The notes below the pieces were generated by a model. That model was given only the letters and a program-made list of their open reading frames with translations. It searched no databases and was not told the origin of the DNA. Of a stretch of 20,158 nt of DNA, positions 6,941 through 15,698 are shown one piece after another. Origin of the DNA: Prasinococcaceae sp. CCMP 1430 (taxonomy: Eukaryota > Plantae > Prasinodermophyta). The position numbers were made by a program, and so were the translations under genes. Positions within the stretch are counted from its first letter, which is position 1. The number at the start of each line of letters is the position of its first letter. The stretch lies in contig RQSC01000857.1 in NCBI GenBank assembly GCA_013416795.1, positions 1 to 20,158 on the forward strand, in the 5' to 3' direction.

Positions 6941-9400
6941 TCACGTGGCGAACGATGCTGCGACGCCATCCGCCCATCCGCACTCGAAGAAGGCGTGCAC
7001 GAGCTCCGAAGAGCTCGCGTCCAGCAGGGGCTGCATCGAGCGGGCCGCCGGCGCAGCTGAGCGCAAGGAGGAGGGCAGAGGCATAGCAAAGGACGCAGAG
7101 CCAGCACTGGCGGGATCACACGAGATCGTCAACGAGTCGCTGTGCGCCGCGGCACGGTCCATTGCCGTGCCTCCTCTGCCGCTCCCCTCAACCCCGTCGT
7201 CTTCCAGCTCAACTTCGAGCATTGCTTGCATGTCTCCGCTCGAGCACATCTCCTCAAGGCAGCGCATGCGGCCGCCATCGATGCCGTCGTTATCCTCGTC
7301 CTCACCGGAGCTCTCGAGCTCGCTTTCGAGCAAAGCGCGCATGCCACCGCTCGCGCACATGTCCGCGAGGCTCAGCAGCTCACCGCCGTGGGCGTCGGCG
7401 TGCGCTGCAGGCCTCTTGCAGGCCGCCGCGCTCGCACTTGACTCGCCGCCGATGCCGGCGTAGGCGACACCCCTGGCAACCACAGCGGCTCCAGCGTCGT
7501 CGGCGTCAGCCGCCACGACCTGCGATGCCAGAGCCTCAGCCTGCTTGCCGTGCACGCGCGTCCCAAACGAGGCGAGCGCTGCGGCGCGCCCACCCACGCG
7601 CGGGCCCGCTGCGCCGCGGTCGGCCACAGCGTACTCTACGTGCGCACTGTCACCGAGCCTCTCTGGCAGGGGTCGAATTTCGCTGCCCGCCGCCGCGTGC
7701 AGCGCAGTGAGCGCAGCCACGTCCCTCTGCTGCACCACTGTCACCGCGACGCCAAGCGTGCCGAAGCGACCAGCGCGCCCGAGGCGATGCATGTATGTCG
7801 AGGCACCGCCCGACTCGAACACCGCCGCGGCGGCCGCGGTGGCAAGCTCGGCGGCAGCATGGGCTGACGAGCTGGCGGTGGCGCTGTCGGGGGGGTCCAC
7901 CCCCCGTGACGCGAGCATCTGCGCGCTCTGGGCAGCACTCGCGCAGGGCGCACGTCCAGCGTATGTATTCGCGCCGGCCACGTGCGCGTCTTGCAGCGCA
8001 CCGAGGCTGATGACCAGATTCACGTGCTCCAGATCCACCCCCCTCGCGAGCAAGTCGGTGGAGATGAGCACACGCAGCGACAGCTCGCGCATGCGCGCCA
8101 TCGCCTGCGCGCGCTTGCGCTGGGCCATGCTGCCCGTGATGAGGCCTGCCGAGATGCCCGCGGCGCGCAGGCGCTCGCTGAGGGCGGCGGCGGTCGCACG
8201 GCGGCGGGTAAACACAACGGCCTGGTGAAAGGGCACGGAGCGAAGCACAGAGGCCACGCAGGCGAGCTGAGCGGAGACGCCACCGTCGATGCAGCCGGGT
8301 GTCGCGCCCGCATCCGCGGCGACGTAGAACTGGCGCACGCCCTCGAGCGCCCGCGCCGCACGCTCCCCACAGAGCATCACGCGGCGCGGCTGTGGCGTCG
8401 CACGCATCAGCGCTTCCACTCGCTCCAGCGCGGCACCGCCGAAGGTCGCGGAGAGCGCCAGCGTCTGGCGGCGCGAGGGCGGCGGGCAGTGCTCCAGCAC
8501 TGCGCGCGTGTGATGGGTCAGAGCATCGCCGCCTTCAATGCCCGGGTCGCCGCGATCGCCACTGCCCTCGGGCCCAGGACGCTCGTCGTGTCGCCCTCGA
8601 GGGTCCTCCGCTGGTAGGCCGCGGCCGCCGTGGCGCCCACGCCCGGCGCTGACGAGCTTGTCCGCCTCGTCCAGCACGAGCAATCTGAGCTCGCTCGCAT
8701 CGATGGCACCCGACGCCATGAGCTGAGCAAGCCTGCCAGGCGTTCCGATTGCCACGTCAAGCCCAGCGCGCGCGACCTCCAGGTCTGAAGCAAACGGCAC
8801 GCCGCCAACGAAGCTACGTAGCCGTGGCGCGCGCTCGGCGGCGTGCGCGCTCAGGGCACGCAGCACGCCGAGCGTCTGCGCGGCGAGCTCGCGGGTTGGG
8901 GCGAGAAGCAAAGAATGCGGGCGCGCCGGGGCACCGACACCAGCGTCGCCAGGTCCGCTTCTTTCGCCGGATGCAAGCCCGCCCTCGGCGCCACCCGGGA
9001 TCGTGCCCTCGGCGCCCGCTCCGCGGCGACCGAACGCGTCGCCAGCAGCAGCGTTGGCGGCGGTAGGGTCGCCGCCACCCCGCGGCGCGGCCGCTGACGG
9101 CCCCGTCGCTCGCTGCTGACGAACCCTCTCGTGCTCCTCGATGACCGCGAGCGCGAATACGAGTGTCTTCCCCGTACCTGCCTTGGCCTGCACGATGGTG
9201 TCCGCCCCCGCGAGCGCATGGGGGAGCGCGCGTGCCTGAACGGGGGAGGGCGACGCGAACCCGCAAGCGCGGAGGGCAGCGAGCGTCTCTGGGCGTAGGC
9301 CGAGGTCGCTGAAGCGCACACCGGCGCCATCCACACCAACGCTCGCGCGCACATCGGATGTGCGGTGCCGCGTGTCGGGCGCGTGTGACACTCGCGGCAT
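6941..9400 (-). CDS. DDX20: DEAD-box RNA helicase DDX20/Gemin3-like, 819 aa from ATG 9400
   Basis: It has the DDX20-type N-terminal RTSDV, Q motif GFASPSPVQ, motif I QAKAGTGKT, Ia APTRELA, GG, TPGR, II LDEADKL, III SAT, V STDLLARGVD and VI TYMHRLGRAGRFGT. Confidence 0.85.
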   Translation of the reverse strand: MPRVSHAPDTRHRTSDVRASVGVDGAGVRFSDLGLRPETLAALRACGFASPSPVQARALPHALAGADTIVQAKAGTGKTLVFALAVIEEHERVRQQRATGPSAAAPRGGGDPTAANAAAGDAFGRRGAGAEGTIPGGAEGGLASGERSGPGDAGVGAPARPHSLLLAPTRELAAQTLGVLRALSAHAAERAPRLRSFVGGVPFASDLEVARAGLDVAIGTPGRLAQLMASGAIDASELRLLVLDEADKLVSAGRGRHGGRGLPAEDPRGRHDERPGPEGSGDRGDPGIEGGDALTHHTRAVLEHCPPPSRRQTLALSATFGGAALERVEALMRATPQPRRVMLCGERAARALEGVRQFYVAADAGATPGCIDGGVSAQLACVASVLRSVPFHQAVVFTRRRATAAALSERLRAAGISAGLITGSMAQRKRAQAMARMRELSLRVLISTDLLARGVDLEHVNLVISLGALQDAHVAGANTYAGRAPCASAAQSAQMLASRGVDPPDSATASSSAHAAAELATAAAAAVFESGGASTYMHRLGRAGRFGTLGVAVTVVQQRDVAALTALHAAAGSEIRPLPERLGDSAHVEYAVADRGAAGPRVGGRAAALASFGTRVHGKQAEALASQVVAADADDAGAAVVARGVAYAGIGGESSASAAACKRPAAHADAHGGELLSLADMCASGGMRALLESELESSGEDEDNDGIDGGRMRCLEEMCSSGDMQAMLEVELEDDGVEGSGRGGTAMDRAAAHSDSLTISCDPASAGSASFAMPLPSSLRSAAPAARSMQPLLDASSSELVHAFFECGWADGVAASFAT

Positions 9401-9790
9401 CGCTGCGGTTGTGGCAACTGGGAGAACAAGCGGGCCGAGGTCGAGGCCACGCAGCCACGCGGCCACGCAGCCGGGCGGCCGCGCAGCCGCGCAGCCGCGC
9501 AGCGCAAGTGTTGTGGCGAACGGCGCCCACGCGCTTTGCTCGGATCTTTTAAGGCCGCGGGAGCATCGTGCGGGACCGGCTCGGCGGCCCCCCTTGGCAT
9601 TTGGCACAGTGCTGCGCATCTGCACCCAGTGCACCGCACAAAGCACGAGCGTGGTGCAGGGCCCTCTTCGGTGGCGCGTCGGCACACGCGCGCACGCATA
9701 CACAGCCCGTCTTCCCTCTCGCTAGGTGACACGCGCATGCAACGCGGCGCAAACGTGCGGTCGAGTGCACAACCAGCATTTCTTTACTGA

Positions 9791-9795
9791 TTACA
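9791..9795 (-). terminator. TGTAA poly(A) signal of ASH2L
   Basis: 9 nt after the TAG stop, on the sense strand. Confidence 0.5.
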
Positions 9796-9804
9796 GCTGC
9801 GTGT

Positions 9805-11145
9805 CTATCGCACCCTACCCTTGCCCTTGCCGGCGCTCGCCTGCGCAAGCGCTCGGCGCTCCTGCTGCGCCGCAAGCTCCTCGGGCGGCGCGCCCCCGAG
9901 CTCGAGAAGAGGCTTGAAGTGCACCGCGTCGCACATTGGCAACACCCCGTCGACGCGCACCGACTTGCCATCGACCGAGACGGGCCTGCACTGGGGCTCG
10001 CTATACGCTCCCTCCTCTGCAGAGCTTTCGCCGTGCTGCGCGCCCTCGCCCTGTCGCTCTTGCTCCTGCAGCTCGTCCTGGGGAACATCCGACTTCTCCT
10101 GTTCCTTCCCCGCGCCACCTGGCGCCGCGGGGTCGTCCCACGGCCTGCTCGCGAACTCGACGCCCTCGGGCGCGCACTTGAAGCTCGGGCCAAAGTTGAA
10201 GTCTATGGACGCGGGTCGCGCGGCGTCGCCTGTCGCTGCAGCGTCCGTGTAGAGCGATCCCGCGGGAAAGTAGACATCCTGCGCGAGGCCTTCGTAGGCG
10301 ACACCCTGGCAGACGCCGTTCTTGTAGAAGGCCACGCACGCGCCCTCGAGGGGCGCGCGCTTGTCGTCGCCCTCGTGGCGCTCGGCGTACACCTCGCGCT
10401 TGTACTTGCAGAGGCGCAGCGGCGCGCGGCGGGGCAGCTGTGCGCGTGGGGGCAGCACGACCAGGCAGCCGATGACGTCCCCCTCGGCGTAGGGCTCGCC
10501 ATAGTACTTGCGCCGCGCGGCGTGCACGCGCATGCCGTTGACGTCGCGGTACGCGTACGAGTTTGCGTCGTAGCCGACGGGCGCATGCAGCTCCGCACGG
10601 TGGCTCGCCCAGCCCAGGCGGCTGTGGCCGGTGGGGCCGAGCGTGGCGATTGTGATCTCGAAGTACCAGCGCCCGTACTCCACGCCGTGGGTAGCGCGGC
10701 ACATGCGGTACCCCTTAGTGGAGCTCATGCGCAGGAGGTCGTCGCTCAGGCGGATGCAGCTCGTGTGCGCGGCGCCCGCTCGGCTGAGGCACACGCGCTC
10801 GGCGATGCCGTCAATGGCCGGCTCGCCGAGCCGGCAGCGCGGCACGCGCGAGATGAGCAGCGTGGGCTCGTCGGCGCCGGCGCCGGCGCCCGCACCGGCG
10901 CCCTTCTCGCGCGCCTCTCGCTCGTAGCGCATCGCCTGCGCGCGCGCCTTAGCCTTGGCCGTCTGCCAGCTCGTCCTCTTCTTGTTGGACGGCGCTCCCC
11001 CCGCAGGGGGGCGCCGCTCGCGCTTGCTGCCCTTGCCGCCGCCGCCGCCGCCGCGCTGCTTGGGCATCGCGGCCGGCTTGCCTGCGGCGAGCGCCGCCGC
11101 GATGGCGGCATCGCGGGAGGTGTCGGGGGCTGCCACGTTCGCCAT
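9805..11145 (-). CDS. ASH2L: ASH2L/TRAUCO SPRY-domain subunit of the COMPASS/Set1 H3K4 methyltransferase complex, about 446 aa (start could extend into the gap)
   Basis: KGYRMCRATHGV..G.WYFEI, TGHSRLGW, LHAPVGYD..SYAYRD..G, EGDVIG, FYKNGVCQGVAY, YFPAGSLY and FNFGP closely follow the plant TRO/ASH2 SPRY domain. Confidence 0.92.
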   Translation of the reverse strand: MANVAAPDTSRDAAIAAALAAGKPAAMPKQRGGGGGGKGSKRERRPPAGGAPSNKKRTSWQTAKAKARAQAMRYEREAREKGAGAGAGAGADEPTLLISRVPRCRLGEPAIDGIAERVCLSRAGAAHTSCIRLSDDLLRMSSTKGYRMCRATHGVEYGRWYFEITIATLGPTGHSRLGWASHRAELHAPVGYDANSYAYRDVNGMRVHAARRKYYGEPYAEGDVIGCLVVLPPRAQLPRRAPLRLCKYKREVYAERHEGDDKRAPLEGACVAFYKNGVCQGVAYEGLAQDVYFPAGSLYTDAAATGDAARPASIDFNFGPSFKCAPEGVEFASRPWDDPAAPGGAGKEQEKSDVPQDELQEQERQGEGAQHGESSAEEGAYSEPQCRPVSVDGKSVRVDGVLPMCDAVHFKPLLELGGAPPEELAAQQERRALAQASAGKGKGRVR

Positions 11146-11198
11146 CACGCCCCCTCTGGCCGCGGACGTGCTGGACACGGGCCCCCGCGCAGCTGCGC

Positions 11199-11446
11199 NN
11201 NNNNNNNNNNNNNNNNNNNNNNNNNNNNNNNNNNNNNNNNNNNNNNNNNNNNNNNNNNNNNNNNNNNNNNNNNNNNNNNNNNNNNNNNNNNNNNNNNNNN
11301 NNNNNNNNNNNNNNNNNNNNNNNNNNNNNNNNNNNNNNNNNNNNNNNNNNNNNNNNNNNNNNNNNNNNNNNNNNNNNNNNNNNNNNNNNNNNNNNNNNNN
11401 NNNNNNNNNNNNNNNNNNNNNNNNNNNNNNNNNNNNNNNNNNNNNN
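11199..11446. other. Assembly gap (248 N) in the ASH2L/POT1 divergent intergenic region
   Basis: Run of N. The long ORF-track entries that span it are artefacts. Confidence 0.99.
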
Positions 11447-11556
11447 TGGGTGCTGTGGCACGAGCGCAGCACAGCACGGGCGCGGGGCGGCGCGGCGCGG
11501 CGCGAGGCGGCGAGGGGGAGGGAGGGCGTCGCGGGGTGCGAGTCCGGCCGCTCACC

Positions 11557-13440
11557 ATGGCAGCGGCCGAAGCGCCGCAGCAGGCGGGCGGTGAAAGCAA
11601 GCCGAAGAGCGAGCCCGCAGGCGGCGGAGGGCAGGCGGAGGGCAAGGCGAGCAAGGCGAGCAAGCCAGGCAAGCCGCCGCCGCCGCCGGGCCCGCGTGAT
11701 ACCGGCATCCAGTACAATTACAAGTCCGTGCGCGACCTGGTGTTCGGCGCGGCGCAGACGACCGTCGGCAACAGCCTGTACGGAGTCATCACGAGTTTCA
11801 CCACGGCACGAGACACGCGCGGCACCGACATGTCCGTGTCGCTGGTGGTCACGGACGCGCTCGGCGGCGACGCCGGCGCGGGGGGGAGTGGCGACGCCAC
11901 CGGGCCGTGCGAGCTCGTCATAAACCTGTTCGCGCCCACGCCCGACCAGCTGCCGCAGGTGCGCTCCATCGGCGACGTCATCCGCATCCACCGCATCAGG
12001 GTGCAGCAGTTCGCGCGTCCTGGCGACGCGCCAAGGGCGCAGGGCGTGGGCAAGATCGGGAAGCCGACGCATTTCTGCACATGGACGGCCGACGGCGGCG
12101 AGGCGCCCTACCAGACGTCGTCTGCGGGCTACACCTGGGATGCATTGGACGCCAAGGCCCTGCGCTCGCTCCAGGCGTCCACGACGCGCGAGGACGCGCC
12201 GCAGGGCCTCAGGGAGGCGCACCAGGGCGACTACGCGCGCACGCTGCAGGACATCACCGCCAGGATGCCGGAAGACAAGGCCAAGGGGGCCGTGTACATC
12301 GACGGCGTGTTCAAGGTCGTCCACGAGGAGCGCGTGCCCGCGCCGCAGACGCCGCTGGCGGACACGCAGACGCAGACGCAACCACACGAGACGGGGGCGG
12401 GCGCGCATGGCCAGGAGCAGGGCCAGCAGGCGCCTCAGGGCGCCGCGGACGGCCGCATGATGCTCGTGCAGTATCTCTGGGACGGCACCGACTGCACGCC
12501 GTGCACGTCCCGCGACGGCGGCGCGCTCGCGGGCATCGAGGGTGGCGTGACGGCCTCGCGCGCGGACTCGCTCGGGCGCGACGTGCTGCGCGACCTCCCG
12601 TCGATGGGCTCCGTGGTGCCCATGCTATGGGAGCCCTACGGCAACGACGCGGCCGACCGCGCGCACACGCCCGCGCCCGTGGGCTCGTGGGTGTCGGTGC
12701 GCCACGTGAAGAGCATTGTCGGCAAAGGCTACCGCCGCGAGCTGGTCCTCAAGCGCTACTCACTAATGGCGCCGTTCGCGCAGGCCATAGCGGCCAGCCT
12801 CGAGAGCGGGCACGCAGACCGGGTGGGCGGGGCGCGCAGGGGGGAGATGCAGGCGGTGTGCCCGTGGGCGCTGCCGCCGCGCGGCAAGGCGCTCTCCAAG
12901 GTGCTCGCGGCGCGCCAGGGAACGGCCTTTTCGACGCTGCGGCAGGTGGCACTGTCGTCGTCGCCCACGGGGGCTTTCCGAGTGGTCGCGCGCGTGGTCG
13001 GCGTCGCGCCTAGGCAGGTGGAGAACTTCTGCGCGAGGGCGCCGCCCAGGACCGGGGACAAGCGGCGCGCCCCATCGGGCGGTGGCGCGAGCGCGGACGG
13101 CGCCGCGCCCCCTCGCCACGCTTATCGCGTGAAGCTGCTGCTGGAGGACGCCACCGGCCGCGTGAGCGCGTGGCTGCAGGGCGAGCAGGCCGAGAAGTTC
13201 TTCGCGGGCCTGCCTCCGTGCGACCTGGCACAGAACACCGCCTCGGCACGCCAACTTCGCGGGGTGGTCGACTTGCTCGTCGGCGCCGCGGCGCTCTCAG
13301 AGGACGGCCGGCCGCTCTTCCCCTGGGTCGAGTGCTGCTTGGTGTCGCACTACACAGACCGCGCGAGGCCGTGGGACACGCGACGCTATCAGGTGGTCGA
13401 CACTGTGTTTACGGGCGCGGCGGCGGCAGGCGGCGGCTGA
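11557..13440 (+). CDS. POT1: Protection of telomeres 1 (POT1), full length with N-terminal OB folds and plant-type C-terminal OB fold, 627 aa, no intron needed
   Basis: OB1 reads SLYGVITSF...TRGTD...VINLFAPTPDQLPQVRSIGDVIRIHRIRVQQF. The C-terminus reads FSTL...FRVVARVV...VENFC...YRVKLLLEDATGRV.A.L.GE.AEKFF...WVECCLVSHY....PW.TRRY.V.DT, as in plant POT1. Confidence 0.92.
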   Translation: MAAAEAPQQAGGESKPKSEPAGGGGQAEGKASKASKPGKPPPPPGPRDTGIQYNYKSVRDLVFGAAQTTVGNSLYGVITSFTTARDTRGTDMSVSLVVTDALGGDAGAGGSGDATGPCELVINLFAPTPDQLPQVRSIGDVIRIHRIRVQQFARPGDAPRAQGVGKIGKPTHFCTWTADGGEAPYQTSSAGYTWDALDAKALRSLQASTTREDAPQGLREAHQGDYARTLQDITARMPEDKAKGAVYIDGVFKVVHEERVPAPQTPLADTQTQTQPHETGAGAHGQEQGQQAPQGAADGRMMLVQYLWDGTDCTPCTSRDGGALAGIEGGVTASRADSLGRDVLRDLPSMGSVVPMLWEPYGNDAADRAHTPAPVGSWVSVRHVKSIVGKGYRRELVLKRYSLMAPFAQAIAASLESGHADRVGGARRGEMQAVCPWALPPRGKALSKVLAARQGTAFSTLRQVALSSSPTGAFRVVARVVGVAPRQVENFCARAPPRTGDKRRAPSGGGASADGAAPPRHAYRVKLLLEDATGRVSAWLQGEQAEKFFAGLPPCDLAQNTASARQLRGVVDLLVGAAALSEDGRPLFPWVECCLVSHYTDRARPWDTRRYQVVDTVFTGAAAAGGG

Positions 13441-13516
13441 GTGAGGCGGAGAGCGCAAGCGCGAGCGAGGGCGCGAGCGAGAGCGACGCGACGCAACGTC
13501 CGCCGCGCGCTCGGGT

Positions 13517-13521
13517 TGTAA
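13517..13521 (+). terminator. TGTAA poly(A) signal of POT1
   Basis: 76 nt after the stop, on the sense strand. Confidence 0.65.
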
Positions 13522-13831
13522 ACTAGCTGTTCGAACACGTCTCATCTCGCTGCGCTCGGCCGCGTCCCCCGCGTCGCCGAGCGCGCGCGGCGCCTTGCGG
13601 CACGCACGGCAGCGATCGGCCCCGCCAATCCCGACAAGACTGACGGGCGAATCATCCGGGTTTTGATCCGCGGCGGACACGGCGCTGAAACTGGCGCCGC
13701 AGCACGCACGCAGGCATGCGAACACTGGTGTCTTACCCGCGCGATGGAGGGCTCGCTCACAGGCACTCTGAAGGCACTCTGAACCCCGGGGGCTGCTCAG
13801 CCCCGCCGGCGCGAGGCACGGCAGGGCCCGC

Positions 13832-14437
13832 CTAGAAGGCATCGCCCATCTCGCCAGCGGCCAGCTGGTCAACCCACGCCTTGGCTCGGGCCTCGGTCAT
13901 GTCGCTCTCGTTGTCCTCGTCGAAGGGGCAGCCGAGGAACTGGCCGTCCACCTCCGACTTGGACTCCATGTGACCGTAGCCCTCGGTGGAGACGGCCCCA
14001 ACCATGGTGCACCCGGCGCTCGCAAAGGTTCGGTGGATCTCCTCGATGGCGTCGCAGAAGGTGTCCGAGTACAGCACCGAGTCCCCGACGCCGAAGACGG
14101 CGCAGGGCTTGCCCTCGAGGTCGAGGGCGGCGATGTCCGGCAGCAGCTTGTCCCAGAACGTGCCCGAGCGGTTCTCATCGGCATCGATCGTCAGCGTGGG
14201 CGCGCCGACGATGAGCCCATCGTACTGCTTCAGCGCGTCGATCCCGACGTCATCGATCCGGAGGGGCTCGCCCTCCACCTTGTCGCCGAGGGCGGCCCTG
14301 AGCTTGTCGGTGACGATCTTGGTGGTGCCCGTGTTGGTCGAGTAGAAGACGCCCACCTTGGCGCGCGCGGCGGAGCGCCGCGGCGCAGACGCGGGCGCAG
14401 CCGCGGAGAGGCGGGCGGAGGCCTGAGCGAAGGCCAT
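13832..14437 (-). CDS. Long-chain (algal-type) flavodoxin with a ~26-aa transit peptide, 201 aa
   Basis: It has the phosphate loop VGVFYSTNTGTT, LIVGAPT, the algal AD..RSGT.WD insertion, AVFGVGD...Y.D.FCDAIEE, ESKS..DG.F.GCPFDEDNE and R...W. The N-terminus MAFAQASARLSAAAPASAPRRSAARA looks like a green-algal transit peptide. Confidence 0.95.
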   Translation of the reverse strand: MAFAQASARLSAAAPASAPRRSAARAKVGVFYSTNTGTTKIVTDKLRAALGDKVEGEPLRIDDVGIDALKQYDGLIVGAPTLTIDADENRSGTFWDKLLPDIAALDLEGKPCAVFGVGDSVLYSDTFCDAIEEIHRTFASAGCTMVGAVSTEGYGHMESKSEVDGQFLGCPFDEDNESDMTEARAKAWVDQLAAGEMGDAF

Positions 14438-15209
14438 CTGCGCCGTCGGCGTCGAGGCGGGTGAGGTGTGTGGGGAGTGCGCACGCCGCGCGCGCCGGCA
14501 GCGCACGCGGGGACCCTAGACCGCGGCGAAGCCCTCCCGGCCCTCTTCGGCCGCTCTCCCTTCTCCCACGCCCCCCGCTCCCGCCTCTCCCCCACGGACC
14601 GCCCGGCTCGGCAGACGGACTCGCGCTTCCTTGCACGCTCTGGCCTGCACGCGCCGCGCGCCAAGGAGGGTCGCACTGGCTCCGCCGTGGCGGCGGCCGC
14701 GCGCGAGGCCCGCCAATCGCGGCGCTCCTCCGGGCCGCGCCCCGCGCGCGCGCCCGCCGGCCGCCGACGGGAGTATTCGGATGGATTAGGAGCGCGAGCG
14801 CCTCGCGGGCGGCGCGCGCGGTCGCCCGTCGTTTTTTGCGGAGGGCGCGCTTCTAATTGGCTGCGGAGCGAGTGGATAAGCGGAAAAGGGGAAGGGGGAT
14901 CGCCGGTCAGAGGATCGCGCCCCTCCCACCTCCCGGCCGGCAGACGCTCGCGCGGGCGCCACGCGGGCGGGGCGGGGCCGGATGCCCATGCCGACCGATG
15001 CCCCGATGGGAGCAGACAGATCCACGCAGCCGAACGAAGCGTCGAAAAACCGCGCGGCGGCCGGGCGGCCGGCCCATCCGGCAGCAGCAGTGTCGGTCGG
15101 TCGGTACGCGCGCGCGTGCGCGGCGCGCCGGCAGCGTGGGCTTCGCCCCTGGCTTGTTGCAAGGGGGGGGCCCCAGGTGATCGACACAGAGGAGGAGGAG
15201 GAGGACGAG

Positions 15210-15478
15210 NNNNNNNNNNNNNNNNNNNNNNNNNNNNNNNNNNNNNNNNNNNNNNNNNNNNNNNNNNNNNNNNNNNNNNNNNNNNNNNNNNNNNNNNNNN
15301 NNNNNNNNNNNNNNNNNNNNNNNNNNNNNNNNNNNNNNNNNNNNNNNNNNNNNNNNNNNNNNNNNNNNNNNNNNNNNNNNNNNNNNNNNNNNNNNNNNNN
15401 NNNNNNNNNNNNNNNNNNNNNNNNNNNNNNNNNNNNNNNNNNNNNNNNNNNNNNNNNNNNNNNNNNNNNNNNNNNNNN
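15210..15478. other. Assembly gap (269 N) between flavodoxin and the recognisable MED13 region
   Basis: Run of N. Confidence 0.99.
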
Positions 15479-15483
15479 CCGCC

Positions 15484-15656
15484 GCGCGAAAACGCGAGCG
15501 CGCGGCGCGCGGGTTGGGTGGGGCGCGGACCCGGATCCGGCCGCGCGCGGCCCCGAAAAGGAAGCGCGGGGAGGGGGACGAAAGGACTGGTTTCGCATCC
15601 GTTCCGGTGTTTTCCCGCCGAAAAACGCCGGGCGCAACCGCAACCGCCGCGCGAAA
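15484..15656. promoter_or_regulatory. Three perfect E2F consensus sites (TTTSSCGC)
   Basis: GCGCGAAA at 15484-15491 (- strand), TTTCCCGC at 15611-15618 inside TTTTCCCGCCGAAAA, and GCGCGAAA at 15649-15656 (- strand). Confidence 0.5.
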
Positions 15657-15698
15657 CGCCCCTGCGGAGTGACCTCGCCACCTGGCGGGCGTCGACAG

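Noticed and set aside
6886-7060. ATGATGA C-box-like motif suggesting a C/D snoRNA
   Set aside because: There is no nearby D box with a terminal stem, and the next CTGA lies antisense within the DDX20 coding region.
9450-9505. GCGCAGCC-type short repeats upstream of DDX20
   Set aside because: Low-complexity GC slippage, not a regular array.
10262-10269. E2F consensus match (TTTCCCGC, minus strand)
   Set aside because: It lies inside the ASH2L coding sequence (YFPAG codons), which shows that single matches arise by chance.
9919-13440. 1173-aa plus-strand ORF (likewise 867 aa at 9805..12408 and 1497 aa at 14468..18961)
   Set aside because: These are read through N gaps and fuse antisense or intergenic sequence to the real POT1, ASH2L and MED13 genes.
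13761-13782. Tandem AGGCACTCTGA x2 between POT1 and flavodoxin
   Set aside because: Two copies of an 11-mer are a common slippage product, with no array or spacer structure.
11146-13830. Telomeric repeats or a telomerase RNA near POT1
   Set aside because: No TTTAGGG/TTAGGG arrays and no USE/TATA Pol III-type promoter were seen in the sequenced part.
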